From: a virus
IMG/VR virus record: IMGVR_UViG_3300043775_002552
Coordinates: 4,604 to 68,603 of that record
Strand: one strand, 5' to 3'
Length of the DNA stretch: 64,000 nucleotides
Made by a program: the position numbers and the translations under genes. Below the pieces are notes generated by a model, which was given only the letters and a program-made list of their open reading frames with translations, searched no databases and was not told where the DNA came from. Below, piece by piece: positions 47,515 to 58,097 of this stretch. Each line of letters starts with the position of its first letter. The first letter of the stretch is position 1.

Positions 47515-49356
47515 ATGGCAAATAAAAAAATATCATATACTGAAAGGGAATTTGCAGGACTAAGACAAGACCTAATAAATTATACGCAACAGTATTATCC
47601 CGATTTAATCAACAACTTCAACGACGCTTCAATATTTTCAGTTTTGATGGATTTAAATGCAGCAATTGGAGACAATTTAAATTACCATATTGATCGAAGT
47701 ATACAAGAAACTGTTTTACAATACGCTCAACAAAGAATTTCAGTATTTAACATTGCAAGAACATATGGATTAAAAATACCGGGTTATCGACCCTCAGTTA
47801 CTGTATTGAATTTATCGATTACGGTAAATGCGGTTAATGGAGATAAAGAAGATACTCAATATTTGGGAGTGTTAAGGGCAGGATCACAATTTTTAGGTGC
47901 TGGTACGGTTTTTGAAAATTTATATGATGTTGATTTTTCATCAGAATATAGTGCCTTAGGGTTTCAAAATAGAATTAAAATACCCATTAAAAATTCCCAA
48001 AACACAACTGTTGCATATAGAATAACAAAACAAGAAGTAGTAGTTAATGGTACGACTAAAGTATTTAAAAAACCTATTAATAGTATCGATGTTGTCCCTT
48101 TCTATAATTTATTCCTTCCTGAAAGAAATATATTAAATGTTTCTGCTATTATACAAAAAGAGGGGACCAACTACCAAACAGTACCCGGATACTCGGATTT
48201 CATTAATTCAACAAGTAAATGGTACGAAGTTGATGCATTGGCGCAGGATACTGTATTTTTAGAAGACCCAACAAAACCCGTCGACAATACAGGAATTAAG
48301 GTTGGTAAATATTTTAGAACCGATAATAGATTTATAACAGAATACACACCAGAAGGGTTTATGAGAGTTCAATTTGGAGGAGGTACAACAACCCCTAATG
48401 AACAATTAAAAGAATTTACAAGAATAGGAATACCCCTTAACATTCAAAACTTTCAAAATAATATAGGTTTAGGTTTAACTGTACAACCAAATACAACATT
48501 ATTTATTCAGTATAGGGTTGGTGGAGGATTGGCGTCTAACGTCGGTGTCGGAGCAATCAATCAAGTTGGTACTATAGATTTTGTAGTAAACGGACAATCA
48601 AATACTGAAAACCAAAAAGTAATACAATCTTTAACCGTAAATAATGTAACTGCAGCGATTGGAGGGGCTAATCCACCTACAATAGAAGAAATAAGAAATA
48701 TGGTTACATTTAACTTTGCTGCACAAAAAAGGGCAGTAACTATAAATGATTATAAATCAATAATAGATACAATGCCTGGTAAATTTGGCGCACCATCTAA
48801 AGCTGCTGTTTCAGAAAAAGACAATAAAATATTAGTAAAAGTTTTGTCATTAGATAGTGGAAAAAAATTAACACAAACGGTTTCATCTAATTTGATTAAA
48901 AATATTGCAACATATTTGTCAAATTATAGAATGATAAATGACTACGTTTCAGTTGAGGTTGCAAAAGTTATTGATTTAGAATTTGAAATATTTGTAGTTT
49001 TAGAAGGGGGGGTTAATCAAGGACAAGTTATAACACAAGTCATTAATTCAGTGTCGGACTATATGCAGCCAAGTAATAGGGAAATGGGTCAAAACTTAAA
49101 TGTTTCAGATATTAGAAGATTAATACAAAATGTGGCAGGTGTGTCTACATTGGCTAATTTAAACATATATAATAAAGTTGGGGGTCAATACTCATCATCT
49201 GAAACATCACAGAGATATATTGATCCTGAGGCCAAACAAATTGAAATTATAGACGATACTATTTTTGCTGAACCCGATCAAATTTATCAAATAAGATTTG
49301 ATAACGTTGATATTAAAGTTAGAGTAAAAAATTTAAACTCAGTCAATTTTTCATAG
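47515..49356 (+). CDS. Baseplate wedge protein (T4 gp6 / baseplate J-like)
   Basis: Y..REF...R..L..Y, S...IA..YG, FGGG, YRVGGG...N, GGA....IEEIR and QKRAVT..DY. Confidence 0.9.
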   Translation: MANKKISYTEREFAGLRQDLINYTQQYYPDLINNFNDASIFSVLMDLNAAIGDNLNYHIDRSIQETVLQYAQQRISVFNIARTYGLKIPGYRPSVTVLNLSITVNAVNGDKEDTQYLGVLRAGSQFLGAGTVFENLYDVDFSSEYSALGFQNRIKIPIKNSQNTTVAYRITKQEVVVNGTTKVFKKPINSIDVVPFYNLFLPERNILNVSAIIQKEGTNYQTVPGYSDFINSTSKWYEVDALAQDTVFLEDPTKPVDNTGIKVGKYFRTDNRFITEYTPEGFMRVQFGGGTTTPNEQLKEFTRIGIPLNIQNFQNNIGLGLTVQPNTTLFIQYRVGGGLASNVGVGAINQVGTIDFVVNGQSNTENQKVIQSLTVNNVTAAIGGANPPTIEEIRNMVTFNFAAQKRAVTINDYKSIIDTMPGKFGAPSKAAVSEKDNKILVKVLSLDSGKKLTQTVSSNLIKNIATYLSNYRMINDYVSVEVAKVIDLEFEIFVVLEGGVNQGQVITQVINSVSDYMQPSNREMGQNLNVSDIRRLIQNVAGVSTLANLNIYNKVGGQYSSSETSQRYIDPEAKQIEIIDDTIFAEPDQIYQIRFDNVDIKVRVKNLNSVNFS

Positions 49357-49429
49357 CATTATTTATTTTGGGGGTTTATTCTTTATCTTATTAAAAATAA
49401 GATCATAACTATTTATTTTAAAAGAATTC

Positions 49430-52400
49430 ATGTCCAAAAGTTATAGGCTTCGCACAAAACCAGGTGTCGATCAAAACATAAGAATTAACATAAATCAAGA
49501 TTTTGACTTTCTTGAAATTTTATCATTAAAATTAAAACAAGAGGACGTATATACAAGATTTTGTGCTGACTACGGAGTTGTTGTTGGTAGGGTTATTGCT
49601 AACGGAGGGTTTGGAATACCAAACGCAAATGTCTCAATTTTTGTACCATTAAGTAATATTGATGAAAACGATCCTGTTATATCGACACTTTACCCATATA
49701 AGTTTTTAGAGCAAAAAAACGAAGACGGTTATAGATATAATCTGTTACCATACGTTCAAGAATATAATGGACATACACCTACCGGAACATTCCCATCAAG
49801 AGAAGATGTTTTAACAAGAAAAGAAGTATTAGAGATTTACGAAAAATATTATAAATACACCGTAAAAACTAACGAAAGCGGTGATTTTATGATTGTAGGG
49901 GTACCATTGGGAAGTCAAAAAATAGTTTTGGATTTAGACCTTTCAAATATGGGATGTTTTTCTCTACGTCCTGCAGATCTAATTAGAATGGGTAGGGGAA
50001 CACCCGAACAATTTAACGGACAAAGATTTAAGTCATCTGAAGATTTAGCATCACTACCACAAATATTAAATGCGGCAAAAGATATTGACGTTGCACCTTT
50101 TTGGGGACAAGATGAAATTTGTAATATTGGAATAACTAGAACTGATTTTGATCTTAGAGATTATAATATAGATATCAAACCACAGGCAACATTTATGGGG
50201 TCTATTTTTTCTTCATCAGAAGAAGATTATTTAAGAACAAATTGTAAACCAAAAAATGATGTAGGAAATCTTTGTGATCTAGTAACGGGGCCAGGTCGTA
50301 TTTTAGCAATAAGACAAACAAAAGATTACGATGTTGATGGAAGACCCGTCTTAGAACAATATAATTTAGAAGAAGGGGGTAATGTAATCGATGAAAATGG
50401 TGCTTGGCTTGTAGAAGTACCGATGAACTTAGATTATGTCACAACAAATGAATTTGGAGAACAAGTGTTATCTGCAGACCCAAAAGTCGGAGTACCAACA
50501 AAAGGTAAGTACAGATTCAGAATTAAATATCAAAACGAGTCAGGGTTGGCATCACCAATTCAAAGAGCCGATTATTTGGTACCTAATGTAAAAGAATGGG
50601 GATGGACTGGATCTTCAGAAAACACAACTTCAGCACCACCACTTGATACCGTTACACAATTAAAAAACTATGCGTTTAGTTTAGATTGGGCAGATTATGG
50701 TAATACCGGAACTACTCTTGGCCTTGCAATGATACAAGAAGCAATTGAGTGTAAAGATAGATTTTATGAATTTAATTATAATAAAGTTTATACCGTTGCG
50801 TCTTTTATTGATAGATGGAAGTGGGGTTATGGTAGAGCAAGACACTTGGGGATAAAAGAAATCACAGATAGATCTTGTTTAACATCAACAAATAGATTTC
50901 CTGTTAATGATGGTGTAAGAAATTTTGATTTTATTTTTTTCCTATTTAACTTGTTTATATCTATTTCTGCATTGATTATATATCCTCTTTTGGTTTTGAT
51001 GCATGTTTTGGCGTCTTTATATCCGATTTTAAGAGTTATTGTTAATATAATAATATGGATTATAAACGTTATTGTTTATGCGATATGTGTTGTTGTCGCA
51101 GCTCTTAGCTCAAAACTTAAAAAGGAAGATTGTAAAAAATCAACAATAAAGCCATTGTCTGAGGATAACCCTTTTAAAAGGTTATCATTTCCAATGATAT
51201 CATATCCTGATTGTGAGGCGTGTGCTTGTGAGGCATCAGATTTAACAACCGATGGTGGTGATTTTGCACAGCAAGCATCTACAACTGTTTCATCTGTTAA
51301 TGTTTCACTTTTGTCTGATATTAATTCGGTGGCATCTTTTAATAGAGATTTTTATGCCGTTGAAGGAGGAATAGGTAATAGTGTTAATTATAATACAGGG
51401 GCCAACCAACTTTTTTCTGGATACCAAAGACAAGGGACTTCTGCGAGTAGAGATAAATTAGTTAAATTACCTTTAGTTGAGGTGCCGGAGCAGGGAGGTG
51501 GTGATTTATATTTAGGTGCTGATGTGACATTATCGCAATCATTAAATTTAATGAATTTAAGATCTCGTTATTTTAGTGGTACCGGACCAAACAGAATAAA
51601 AACGATAGTTTATAATAATAACCCAGTAACTAATGTTCCTGAACCATCACAACCATTTGAGGATAGTATTTTAATTATTCTTTGTGATCCGGGAACTTTA
51701 AGTAATTTAACGCCAGGACAAATACTTAGTTTCAACAATCCGGCAAGTATAAATGACCCAAATATTACAGGTTTAACTGTTGCAAATCAGTTTAATACTA
51801 ATTCAATTACAGGTACCACGCCATATAATGCAACCCAATTAGTTACTAAAACAATAAGTAGTATAGGTCCTAATTCGATTATCACGACTTCAACACTAAA
51901 ACTTAAAATAAGTGAAAACGGAAAACAATACAAGTTTAAATCAGGTATAGAATATTTCCAAGTATTAACAGGAGACACATATGTAAATTACCAAAACTTA
52001 GTAAGTCAAGCCGTTACGGGTTCGGGTGGTGCGGCAAGATGGAACTCAATTTTAAATGAATATTTGTTTAAAAAAATACAATCCGTTAGATATTCAACGG
52101 TGGGATATCCGTCTGCAGGTGCAGGGTTTAGAATAAATGATTACTCAACGGAATATTTAGAGGGTAGGGATGACTATGAAATAATATTTTTAACGAGAGG
52201 TGTTGATCCATATACCGAAAAACAAAAAATAAAATACGATTTATCAAAAATATTTGGGTATAATTATGGATCAGGTCCAATAATTGAGGGTGATTATTAT
52301 TTAAATATACCAATACAACCTAACACAGGATCCGGTAACTGGTATAATAATTTGTTAACTCCTGAATCTCACGATGTTAGTAATAACACCAATACAAAGT

Positions 52401-54391
52401 TATATCACGAACCATTTGGTTTTAATGTGGACACCTCAGCATTTACGGCATTTACAAATAATTCACCACATTATTACAACTCAACGGATAAATCAAGATC
52501 AAATCACGTTGCGTATAATGGAGATATAATAACGTTGGGACAAATAACATCCCCAGCAAATCCGTCGAATGGAGGAATATCAACAAGTAATAATAAACTA
52601 TGGTTTCAAGTTTATTATGTTCCACCAACAGGAGGGGCCGGATATGATATAAATAAACAACAAGGTTTAATAGAAGGAGGTTCTTTACAGGCTAGTACGT
52701 TTGTTCCTGATTTAAATATTGATCAAGCAATAAATTCAGTAGAATTACCACCAAACAACATTTTAAGAACTTATTCGCCAGCATATCATTTAGAAACGCT
52801 CAATAATCCAAATATAACAATAACTGCAAATAATAGATTGGTGTTTAGATCTGATCGTTTACCTACTTCTGATATTACTGAGGTTTATGGAAACACATCT
52901 TTTTCATTACATTTAAATGATAACTTTGGATTTTATTTAATAGATGATACTGGTGGATTTACAACTCCTGCAATGTCAAATAATGCTACTGACAACACAG
53001 GTTCTGCCGCAAACTTTGCAGAAGATGGGGGAGCATTTACCGATGTTGTGGATTCTCTTTCTTGTGAAAATATGGTACCACTTGGTTGTTACGAAGGGTC
53101 TGGAACCAATTTTGGAATTAATGAAGATTGTGATGAAAACAAAATGGGTAAAGATGATACGAACCGAAGAGTTGTTGGTGGTTGTTATTATTTTGTTGAC
53201 AATCCATTAATTTTTTCTTTACCTAAAGATATTAAAGCATTTGAAGAATGGAAAAGTAGATTTAGATTTCAGTTTGCCGCGTGTAGAGGAGTAATAAGTC
53301 ACGTTTTTCAAAACAATTGGGTTAATGGATCGTTATATATGTTTTCATTTAAAAACGCAAAAAGATTTACAATACTTGGGGATTTAAAAAGATATAAATA
53401 TTGTGGAGACCCATTAAGTGTTAGACCGAGTCAGGGACCATTAATTTTTACATTTGGAACCACTAATTCGTTTTTTTATAGGGCAACTCCGTACTATTAC
53501 CAAACAGATAAATTTATTGGTCAATTACCCAAAAAGATTGATGTCAATCCTATTTTAAATGATCCTTGGGAAAGTGCTGATAACTACGGAGGAATGAACA
53601 CAAAGAATATTTTCTTCCCTACAACCGTTATGGATTTAGGACCAAGAGATGAATTTACAAAAGAAATTTGTTTTAATCCCCAATTTGAAGGTTATTTAGT
53701 CGATACAATAAGAACAACGTCGTTTAATGATGGATCGGACATACTTCAGTTATTTATCTTATCTAGACTTATAAATTCAAACTTTTGGGGACAAGCATTG
53801 GCGTTGGGTGACGCATCAATTAATAGAATATTTAGTAGAAGTGAAGATAGAGTTGATGGTGATTTTGCACAAACAATGAGTATTAATTCAGAATATGGTG
53901 TTGAAGGGTTTAGTAGTGATGATTATGATCAAAATGATATATATGTAGAAAATAGTGGAGGTGATCCATTATTTGGTATTTTATTTTCTTCTGATACTGC
54001 AAGTAGACAATTACTATCCCCTGGTAAAACAAGTTATACAAATTTTGGATACCCTAAGACGCAAGTTGTACCATTATATAAATGGAAAAGTCAAAGTCAG
54101 ACAACAATTTTTGGAAAAGACACAAATGAATGGGTAACGGGAGGGTCAAACTTTTATTCTCAACCATACCAATCAATGGATTTTACACAAACAGAATATT
54201 TTAAACCAGGAAATGGAGAAAAATTGGGATACATCTATAATAGAACATCAGGATTAGTTCCTACGGTTACTTGGCCAAACGGACAACCAACATCATATGT
54301 TGTTGGTGCTCCTTATCACTTCTATTTTGGGTTAACAAAAGGGGCAAGTGCCATGAATAGATACATAACTAAATATATTTTTAATCAATAA
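49430..54391 (+). CDS. Large baseplate-region protein with central transmembrane-like hairpin
   Basis: N-terminal GVVVGRV....G.GIPNA.VS and TN.SGDFMI.GVP.G (carboxypeptidase-regulatory-like). About 60-aa hydrophobic stretch and Cys clusters. TATTTAT at 49410. Confidence 0.6.
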   Translation: MSKSYRLRTKPGVDQNIRININQDFDFLEILSLKLKQEDVYTRFCADYGVVVGRVIANGGFGIPNANVSIFVPLSNIDENDPVISTLYPYKFLEQKNEDGYRYNLLPYVQEYNGHTPTGTFPSREDVLTRKEVLEIYEKYYKYTVKTNESGDFMIVGVPLGSQKIVLDLDLSNMGCFSLRPADLIRMGRGTPEQFNGQRFKSSEDLASLPQILNAAKDIDVAPFWGQDEICNIGITRTDFDLRDYNIDIKPQATFMGSIFSSSEEDYLRTNCKPKNDVGNLCDLVTGPGRILAIRQTKDYDVDGRPVLEQYNLEEGGNVIDENGAWLVEVPMNLDYVTTNEFGEQVLSADPKVGVPTKGKYRFRIKYQNESGLASPIQRADYLVPNVKEWGWTGSSENTTSAPPLDTVTQLKNYAFSLDWADYGNTGTTLGLAMIQEAIECKDRFYEFNYNKVYTVASFIDRWKWGYGRARHLGIKEITDRSCLTSTNRFPVNDGVRNFDFIFFLFNLFISISALIIYPLLVLMHVLASLYPILRVIVNIIIWIINVIVYAICVVVAALSSKLKKEDCKKSTIKPLSEDNPFKRLSFPMISYPDCEACACEASDLTTDGGDFAQQASTTVSSVNVSLLSDINSVASFNRDFYAVEGGIGNSVNYNTGANQLFSGYQRQGTSASRDKLVKLPLVEVPEQGGGDLYLGADVTLSQSLNLMNLRSRYFSGTGPNRIKTIVYNNNPVTNVPEPSQPFEDSILIILCDPGTLSNLTPGQILSFNNPASINDPNITGLTVANQFNTNSITGTTPYNATQLVTKTISSIGPNSIITTSTLKLKISENGKQYKFKSGIEYFQVLTGDTYVNYQNLVSQAVTGSGGAARWNSILNEYLFKKIQSVRYSTVGYPSAGAGFRINDYSTEYLEGRDDYEIIFLTRGVDPYTEKQKIKYDLSKIFGYNYGSGPIIEGDYYLNIPIQPNTGSGNWYNNLLTPESHDVSNNTNTKLYHEPFGFNVDTSAFTAFTNNSPHYYNSTDKSRSNHVAYNGDIITLGQITSPANPSNGGISTSNNKLWFQVYYVPPTGGAGYDINKQQGLIEGGSLQASTFVPDLNIDQAINSVELPPNNILRTYSPAYHLETLNNPNITITANNRLVFRSDRLPTSDITEVYGNTSFSLHLNDNFGFYLIDDTGGFTTPAMSNNATDNTGSAANFAEDGGAFTDVVDSLSCENMVPLGCYEGSGTNFGINEDCDENKMGKDDTNRRVVGGCYYFVDNPLIFSLPKDIKAFEEWKSRFRFQFAACRGVISHVFQNNWVNGSLYMFSFKNAKRFTILGDLKRYKYCGDPLSVRPSQGPLIFTFGTTNSFFYRATPYYYQTDKFIGQLPKKIDVNPILNDPWESADNYGGMNTKNIFFPTTVMDLGPRDEFTKEICFNPQFEGYLVDTIRTTSFNDGSDILQLFILSRLINSNFWGQALALGDASINRIFSRSEDRVDGDFAQTMSINSEYGVEGFSSDDYDQNDIYVENSGGDPLFGILFSSDTASRQLLSPGKTSYTNFGYPKTQVVPLYKWKSQSQTTIFGKDTNEWVTGGSNFYSQPYQSMDFTQTEYFKPGNGEKLGYIYNRTSGLVPTVTWPNGQPTSYVVGAPYHFYFGLTKGASAMNRYITKYIFNQ

Positions 54392-54393
54392 GA

Positions 54394-56106
54394 ATGAGTC
54401 AGGAAAGTGAAGTTAGAATAGTTTTAGGATCAAAAAGAAATGCAACAACACCAAATAGGGATGTAGAATTACAAGTACCACTTTTTGGTGACCAAAATTC
54501 TTATACAGAAAATGACAGAACGGTACTTATAAATTTACAAGAAAGATTTAATCTTGAAAGACAAAAAAGCGATAAAATTAGATTGTCAGGTAAACTTGTA
54601 AATTTATTTGATAACACTTTAAGTGGTAAAACTAATTACACTCCTTTTAAAAACAATCTTTATTACTTAAATCCTGAAGAATCTATAGTAACTAATGTGT
54701 GGCAAGGTTTTCCACAATATAGTGAATTTACTTTTGGTAGATCACAAGGAATAGAAGGTCATATTCCATTTGTTCCTAAAAGTGCAAATACGTATAATTG
54801 GACCGTTTATGCTTCATATGCGTATTCTAGTACTACCGCGCAAACAATGTCATATACTGATGAAAGAAATGGTGTCACAATTAATAGTTTTCTTTGTTCT
54901 GATGGAATACCTTTTGTTATAAAAAAAGGAAGTTATAATGGAAAAAAAGTTATTTATTTTTATTGTGGAACTAACCATAATTTATCGGTTGGTCAGTGGG
55001 TAGAGTTGTCATCTCCGATAAATAATAAAACGGTTTTTAGTGTTTTTGGTTTAGGGGATGGAACATATGGATCTGAAAATAAAGTATTTTATATTTTCAA
55101 TTTAAAGTTTTCTAATTTAAACGTATATAATGGAAAATCAGGAACATTTAAAAGAATAACAAATTTACAAAATAGTGGGGAAACAAAATCTAGATACTAT
55201 GTTAGATTACATAAAATTTTAACAGATGTTGATGAAGTAAATCTGACAAAAATTGCATTTGAAAATAACCCATTTGGTATTAAGAAAAAATTAGAATATT
55301 CTGGATTAACACCAAACCAAACACAGAGAGTTTCAATAAAGGAAGATTCACAATCTTTTTCTTTTACGTTTAATAAAGATATACAGGTTAACCCTTTGGT
55401 TGATAATAATGGAAAACCGGTAACAGAGCTTTTTGTGACAATTTTAAACAAAGGTTATATGGGTTGGTTTAATAAACCGGGATATGATCAAAAAGCGATT
55501 GACATTGGGTGGGAGTTTAATTTTTTAAAAGATAGCGTTGATAATTGGTGGAACCATACCTCCATAAATAATAAAGATAATATACCAACAGGTAGTTATA
55601 ATTTTAATGGAAATACTTTTTTCTATAATAGAGATCTTAAAACAGGTAGTGTTATAAAAGGTGATTTTTGTGAGTTTAATGATATGGAACAAAAAGAATA
55701 TGTGATATCAAAACTTTATCATAAATACTCTTTTAATCCCATTTTATTTCTTGACAATTCACCATTTAATTTACCTGCAGGGTATTGTTATATTCCACAT
55801 CATTCAATACCAATAAGACAATATAGTGATTATATTGAAAGTTATACTCAAGAAGGTACAACAAATTTACCTGTAGTAGATATACCTAATTATTCTTGGT
55901 ATTCAGATTATGAAAAAAATTGGTATTGGAGGGATATATATGATTATGGGTTTATTGATGCCGAAAATAGAGGTATTGACTTTCCTTTTACAAATGACGC
56001 ACATTACCCATTTACGACAATAAATTTTTTACAGACGCCAATAAAACGAATTACTTATGTTGAAACAACTTTAGTCAATTCACCAATATTTGATAATTGT
56101 GAGTAG
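54394..56106 (+). CDS. Putative baseplate/structural protein
   Basis: Long ORF within the baseplate operon. Beta-rich composition. Confidence 0.55.
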   Translation: MSQESEVRIVLGSKRNATTPNRDVELQVPLFGDQNSYTENDRTVLINLQERFNLERQKSDKIRLSGKLVNLFDNTLSGKTNYTPFKNNLYYLNPEESIVTNVWQGFPQYSEFTFGRSQGIEGHIPFVPKSANTYNWTVYASYAYSSTTAQTMSYTDERNGVTINSFLCSDGIPFVIKKGSYNGKKVIYFYCGTNHNLSVGQWVELSSPINNKTVFSVFGLGDGTYGSENKVFYIFNLKFSNLNVYNGKSGTFKRITNLQNSGETKSRYYVRLHKILTDVDEVNLTKIAFENNPFGIKKKLEYSGLTPNQTQRVSIKEDSQSFSFTFNKDIQVNPLVDNNGKPVTELFVTILNKGYMGWFNKPGYDQKAIDIGWEFNFLKDSVDNWWNHTSINNKDNIPTGSYNFNGNTFFYNRDLKTGSVIKGDFCEFNDMEQKEYVISKLYHKYSFNPILFLDNSPFNLPAGYCYIPHHSIPIRQYSDYIESYTQEGTTNLPVVDIPNYSWYSDYEKNWYWRDIYDYGFIDAENRGIDFPFTNDAHYPFTTINFLQTPIKRITYVETTLVNSPIFDNCE

Positions 56107-56935
56107 TAATTATTATAGATATAAAATAGACGGACCGCCAAAAACGGCATACATCAATATCCCAATTCAAATTACTTTTGATAATTTAGGTAGAGAAGAT
56201 GGTATTAAAGAATTTGAAGAAGAGGTTATTGAAGATATAATAAATCCAATATCTGATTTTGAAACCACAAGATTTGCACATGCCACTTGGGGGACTGATT
56301 CTGAAACTAATATAAATTATAATTTTTATTTTTATAATGGGGGTTCTTCACAAACGGTAACTGCGACCACCAACGCAAACAATTGGGTTATAGATTACGA
56401 GGCTGCCGGATTTTTAGATAAAGAAATATATTATTTTGCAAATTCATTTAAAGGGAGTTTTTTCAAGCTTGATTTTTATGATAGTAGTTCACCAACAGAA
56501 CAAAAAATATTATTTAGTTTAATATTGCCGACACAACAAGGACTTTTAGAAGACGGTTTTATCGGACCAAGTGTAAACCAAACTCCAGTGAAAGTTAAAA
56601 GACCTAAATTCGTATTAGATTATACGGGAGCAGATAAAGAAGGTTTTTTTATTTATTGGTTAAAAAATATTTCGTATTTGGATCAAAAAGAATTTTATAT
56701 GAGCGCAAAATTTTTTGATGCAAAAATTGGTCAGTTTGTTAGAATGATTAACAAACCGCAAGGGTTATTGTTTAACAAATTTAATTTTGATAAAAAATAT
56801 CTTTTTTATTATAAATGTGTTTTGGATTATAATAATTATGAATATAAGATATATTTAGAAAATACAACAGGAGGACTAACAAGGGTTGGAACAACGTCAA
56901 GTCCGATAAAATGGTATGAATACGTCAACCCATAA
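56099..56935 (+). CDS. Putative structural protein
   Basis: Likely GTG start at 56099 overlapping the previous gene. Operon context. Confidence 0.55.
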   Translation: MSSNYYRYKIDGPPKTAYINIPIQITFDNLGREDGIKEFEEEVIEDIINPISDFETTRFAHATWGTDSETNINYNFYFYNGGSSQTVTATTNANNWVIDYEAAGFLDKEIYYFANSFKGSFFKLDFYDSSSPTEQKILFSLILPTQQGLLEDGFIGPSVNQTPVKVKRPKFVLDYTGADKEGFFIYWLKNISYLDQKEFYMSAKFFDAKIGQFVRMINKPQGLLFNKFNFDKKYLFYYKCVLDYNNYEYKIYLENTTGGLTRVGTTSSPIKWYEYVNP

Positions 56936-58065
56936 TGGATGCTATCAAATATTCAATTGTCATATCTCCAGAAAATGTAAAAGGAGATTTAGTATTTTTA
57001 CCATATAGTGGTACGTACTATTCAGAGCAGTGTGGTATACCGACAGATGAGGACAAAGTTTTTAACTTTGGTCTTTATTCTGCATTCACAGAAGTCATTA
57101 GTTCAGGACCCAACGGGAGTTCATCATTAACAGGTCTCACAATACCAATATTATTTACTCAATCAATAAATGATATTGGGTATTATTCAGAATTTGACGG
57201 ATTTATTTTACAAAAAGACGTTGCTTGTAATTTTGTATATACGGGAAACACTTCAAATAGTTACAACATAACATTATATAATAAATCAGGAAGTTTATTT
57301 CAAAGTTTTTTACAACTTTCAAACTACGAAGTTAATTGGGGGGATGGTACACCCGCATCAACCTTCAATCAAGGAGATGCGATTTTAAATCATACTTATC
57401 CTTCCTTACCATCAGGATACACAATAACGTTAAAACAGATAAATCCTTGGGGAATAACAACCATTAATAAAAAAGTTAAGATCCCTTTTACAGGTGTCAC
57501 GGTAGATAACCAACAAGGTGAAATATTTTTCACACCACAAGGTGGGAGTTGGTCGGGGATACCGTTAAGTTATGATTATATTTTTACAGGTGATTCAGGA
57601 TATGATATATCCCAATATTTAAGTGAAAACTATACTGACGTTCCTTTTGTTGTTTCAGGTTACACTAAATCTAAACTAATTGACTTAAAAAAATATGGAC
57701 CAACACCATATACGATCGGATATATAAAATATTCTAAAGGGATCCCTGTTGGACAAATAAATGAAATTACTCAATTATATACCGCATATACAATAAATAG
57801 CGTACAATATTACGACTTCAGCGATGGTACAACTTTCTTTATGGCAGAATCATCAGGGATTACAAGTAATGAATTTGTCGTTTCAGCGCTTACTAAAAAC
57901 GAATATTTGTTAGATTTTGTTATGGCACCTGAAATAAACTCAAATGTTTATATAGAAAGAGGAAAGTTTTCGGCCTATGAACCATTACAAAGATTAGGTG
58001 AAGTTGATAACATTGGAGATTTGGTGAGGTACGGATATGGTTATTATAAAATAAATGTAATATAA
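56935..58065 (+). CDS. Putative structural protein with PKD-like domain
   Basis: VNWGDGT...HTY....YTITL...NPWG, a PKD-type motif. Confidence 0.6.
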   Translation: MDAIKYSIVISPENVKGDLVFLPYSGTYYSEQCGIPTDEDKVFNFGLYSAFTEVISSGPNGSSSLTGLTIPILFTQSINDIGYYSEFDGFILQKDVACNFVYTGNTSNSYNITLYNKSGSLFQSFLQLSNYEVNWGDGTPASTFNQGDAILNHTYPSLPSGYTITLKQINPWGITTINKKVKIPFTGVTVDNQQGEIFFTPQGGSWSGIPLSYDYIFTGDSGYDISQYLSENYTDVPFVVSGYTKSKLIDLKKYGPTPYTIGYIKYSKGIPVGQINEITQLYTAYTINSVQYYDFSDGTTFFMAESSGITSNEFVVSALTKNEYLLDFVMAPEINSNVYIERGKFSAYEPLQRLGEVDNIGDLVRYGYGYYKINVI

Positions 58066-58079
58066 AAAATAGGATAAAC

Positions 58080-58087
58080 TATTTATA
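58080..58087 (+). promoter_or_regulatory. TATTTATA putative late promoter
   Basis: 10 nt upstream of the ATG at 58098. Confidence 0.55.
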
Positions 58088-58097
58088 AAATAAAAAT

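Noticed and set aside
16041-49356. Bacterial contractile injection system (eCIS/tailocin) or eukaryotic giant virus
   Set aside because: Neck proteins, a phage-type replisome and the absence of housekeeping genes indicate a tailed phage. Sheath and baseplate exclude NCLDV.
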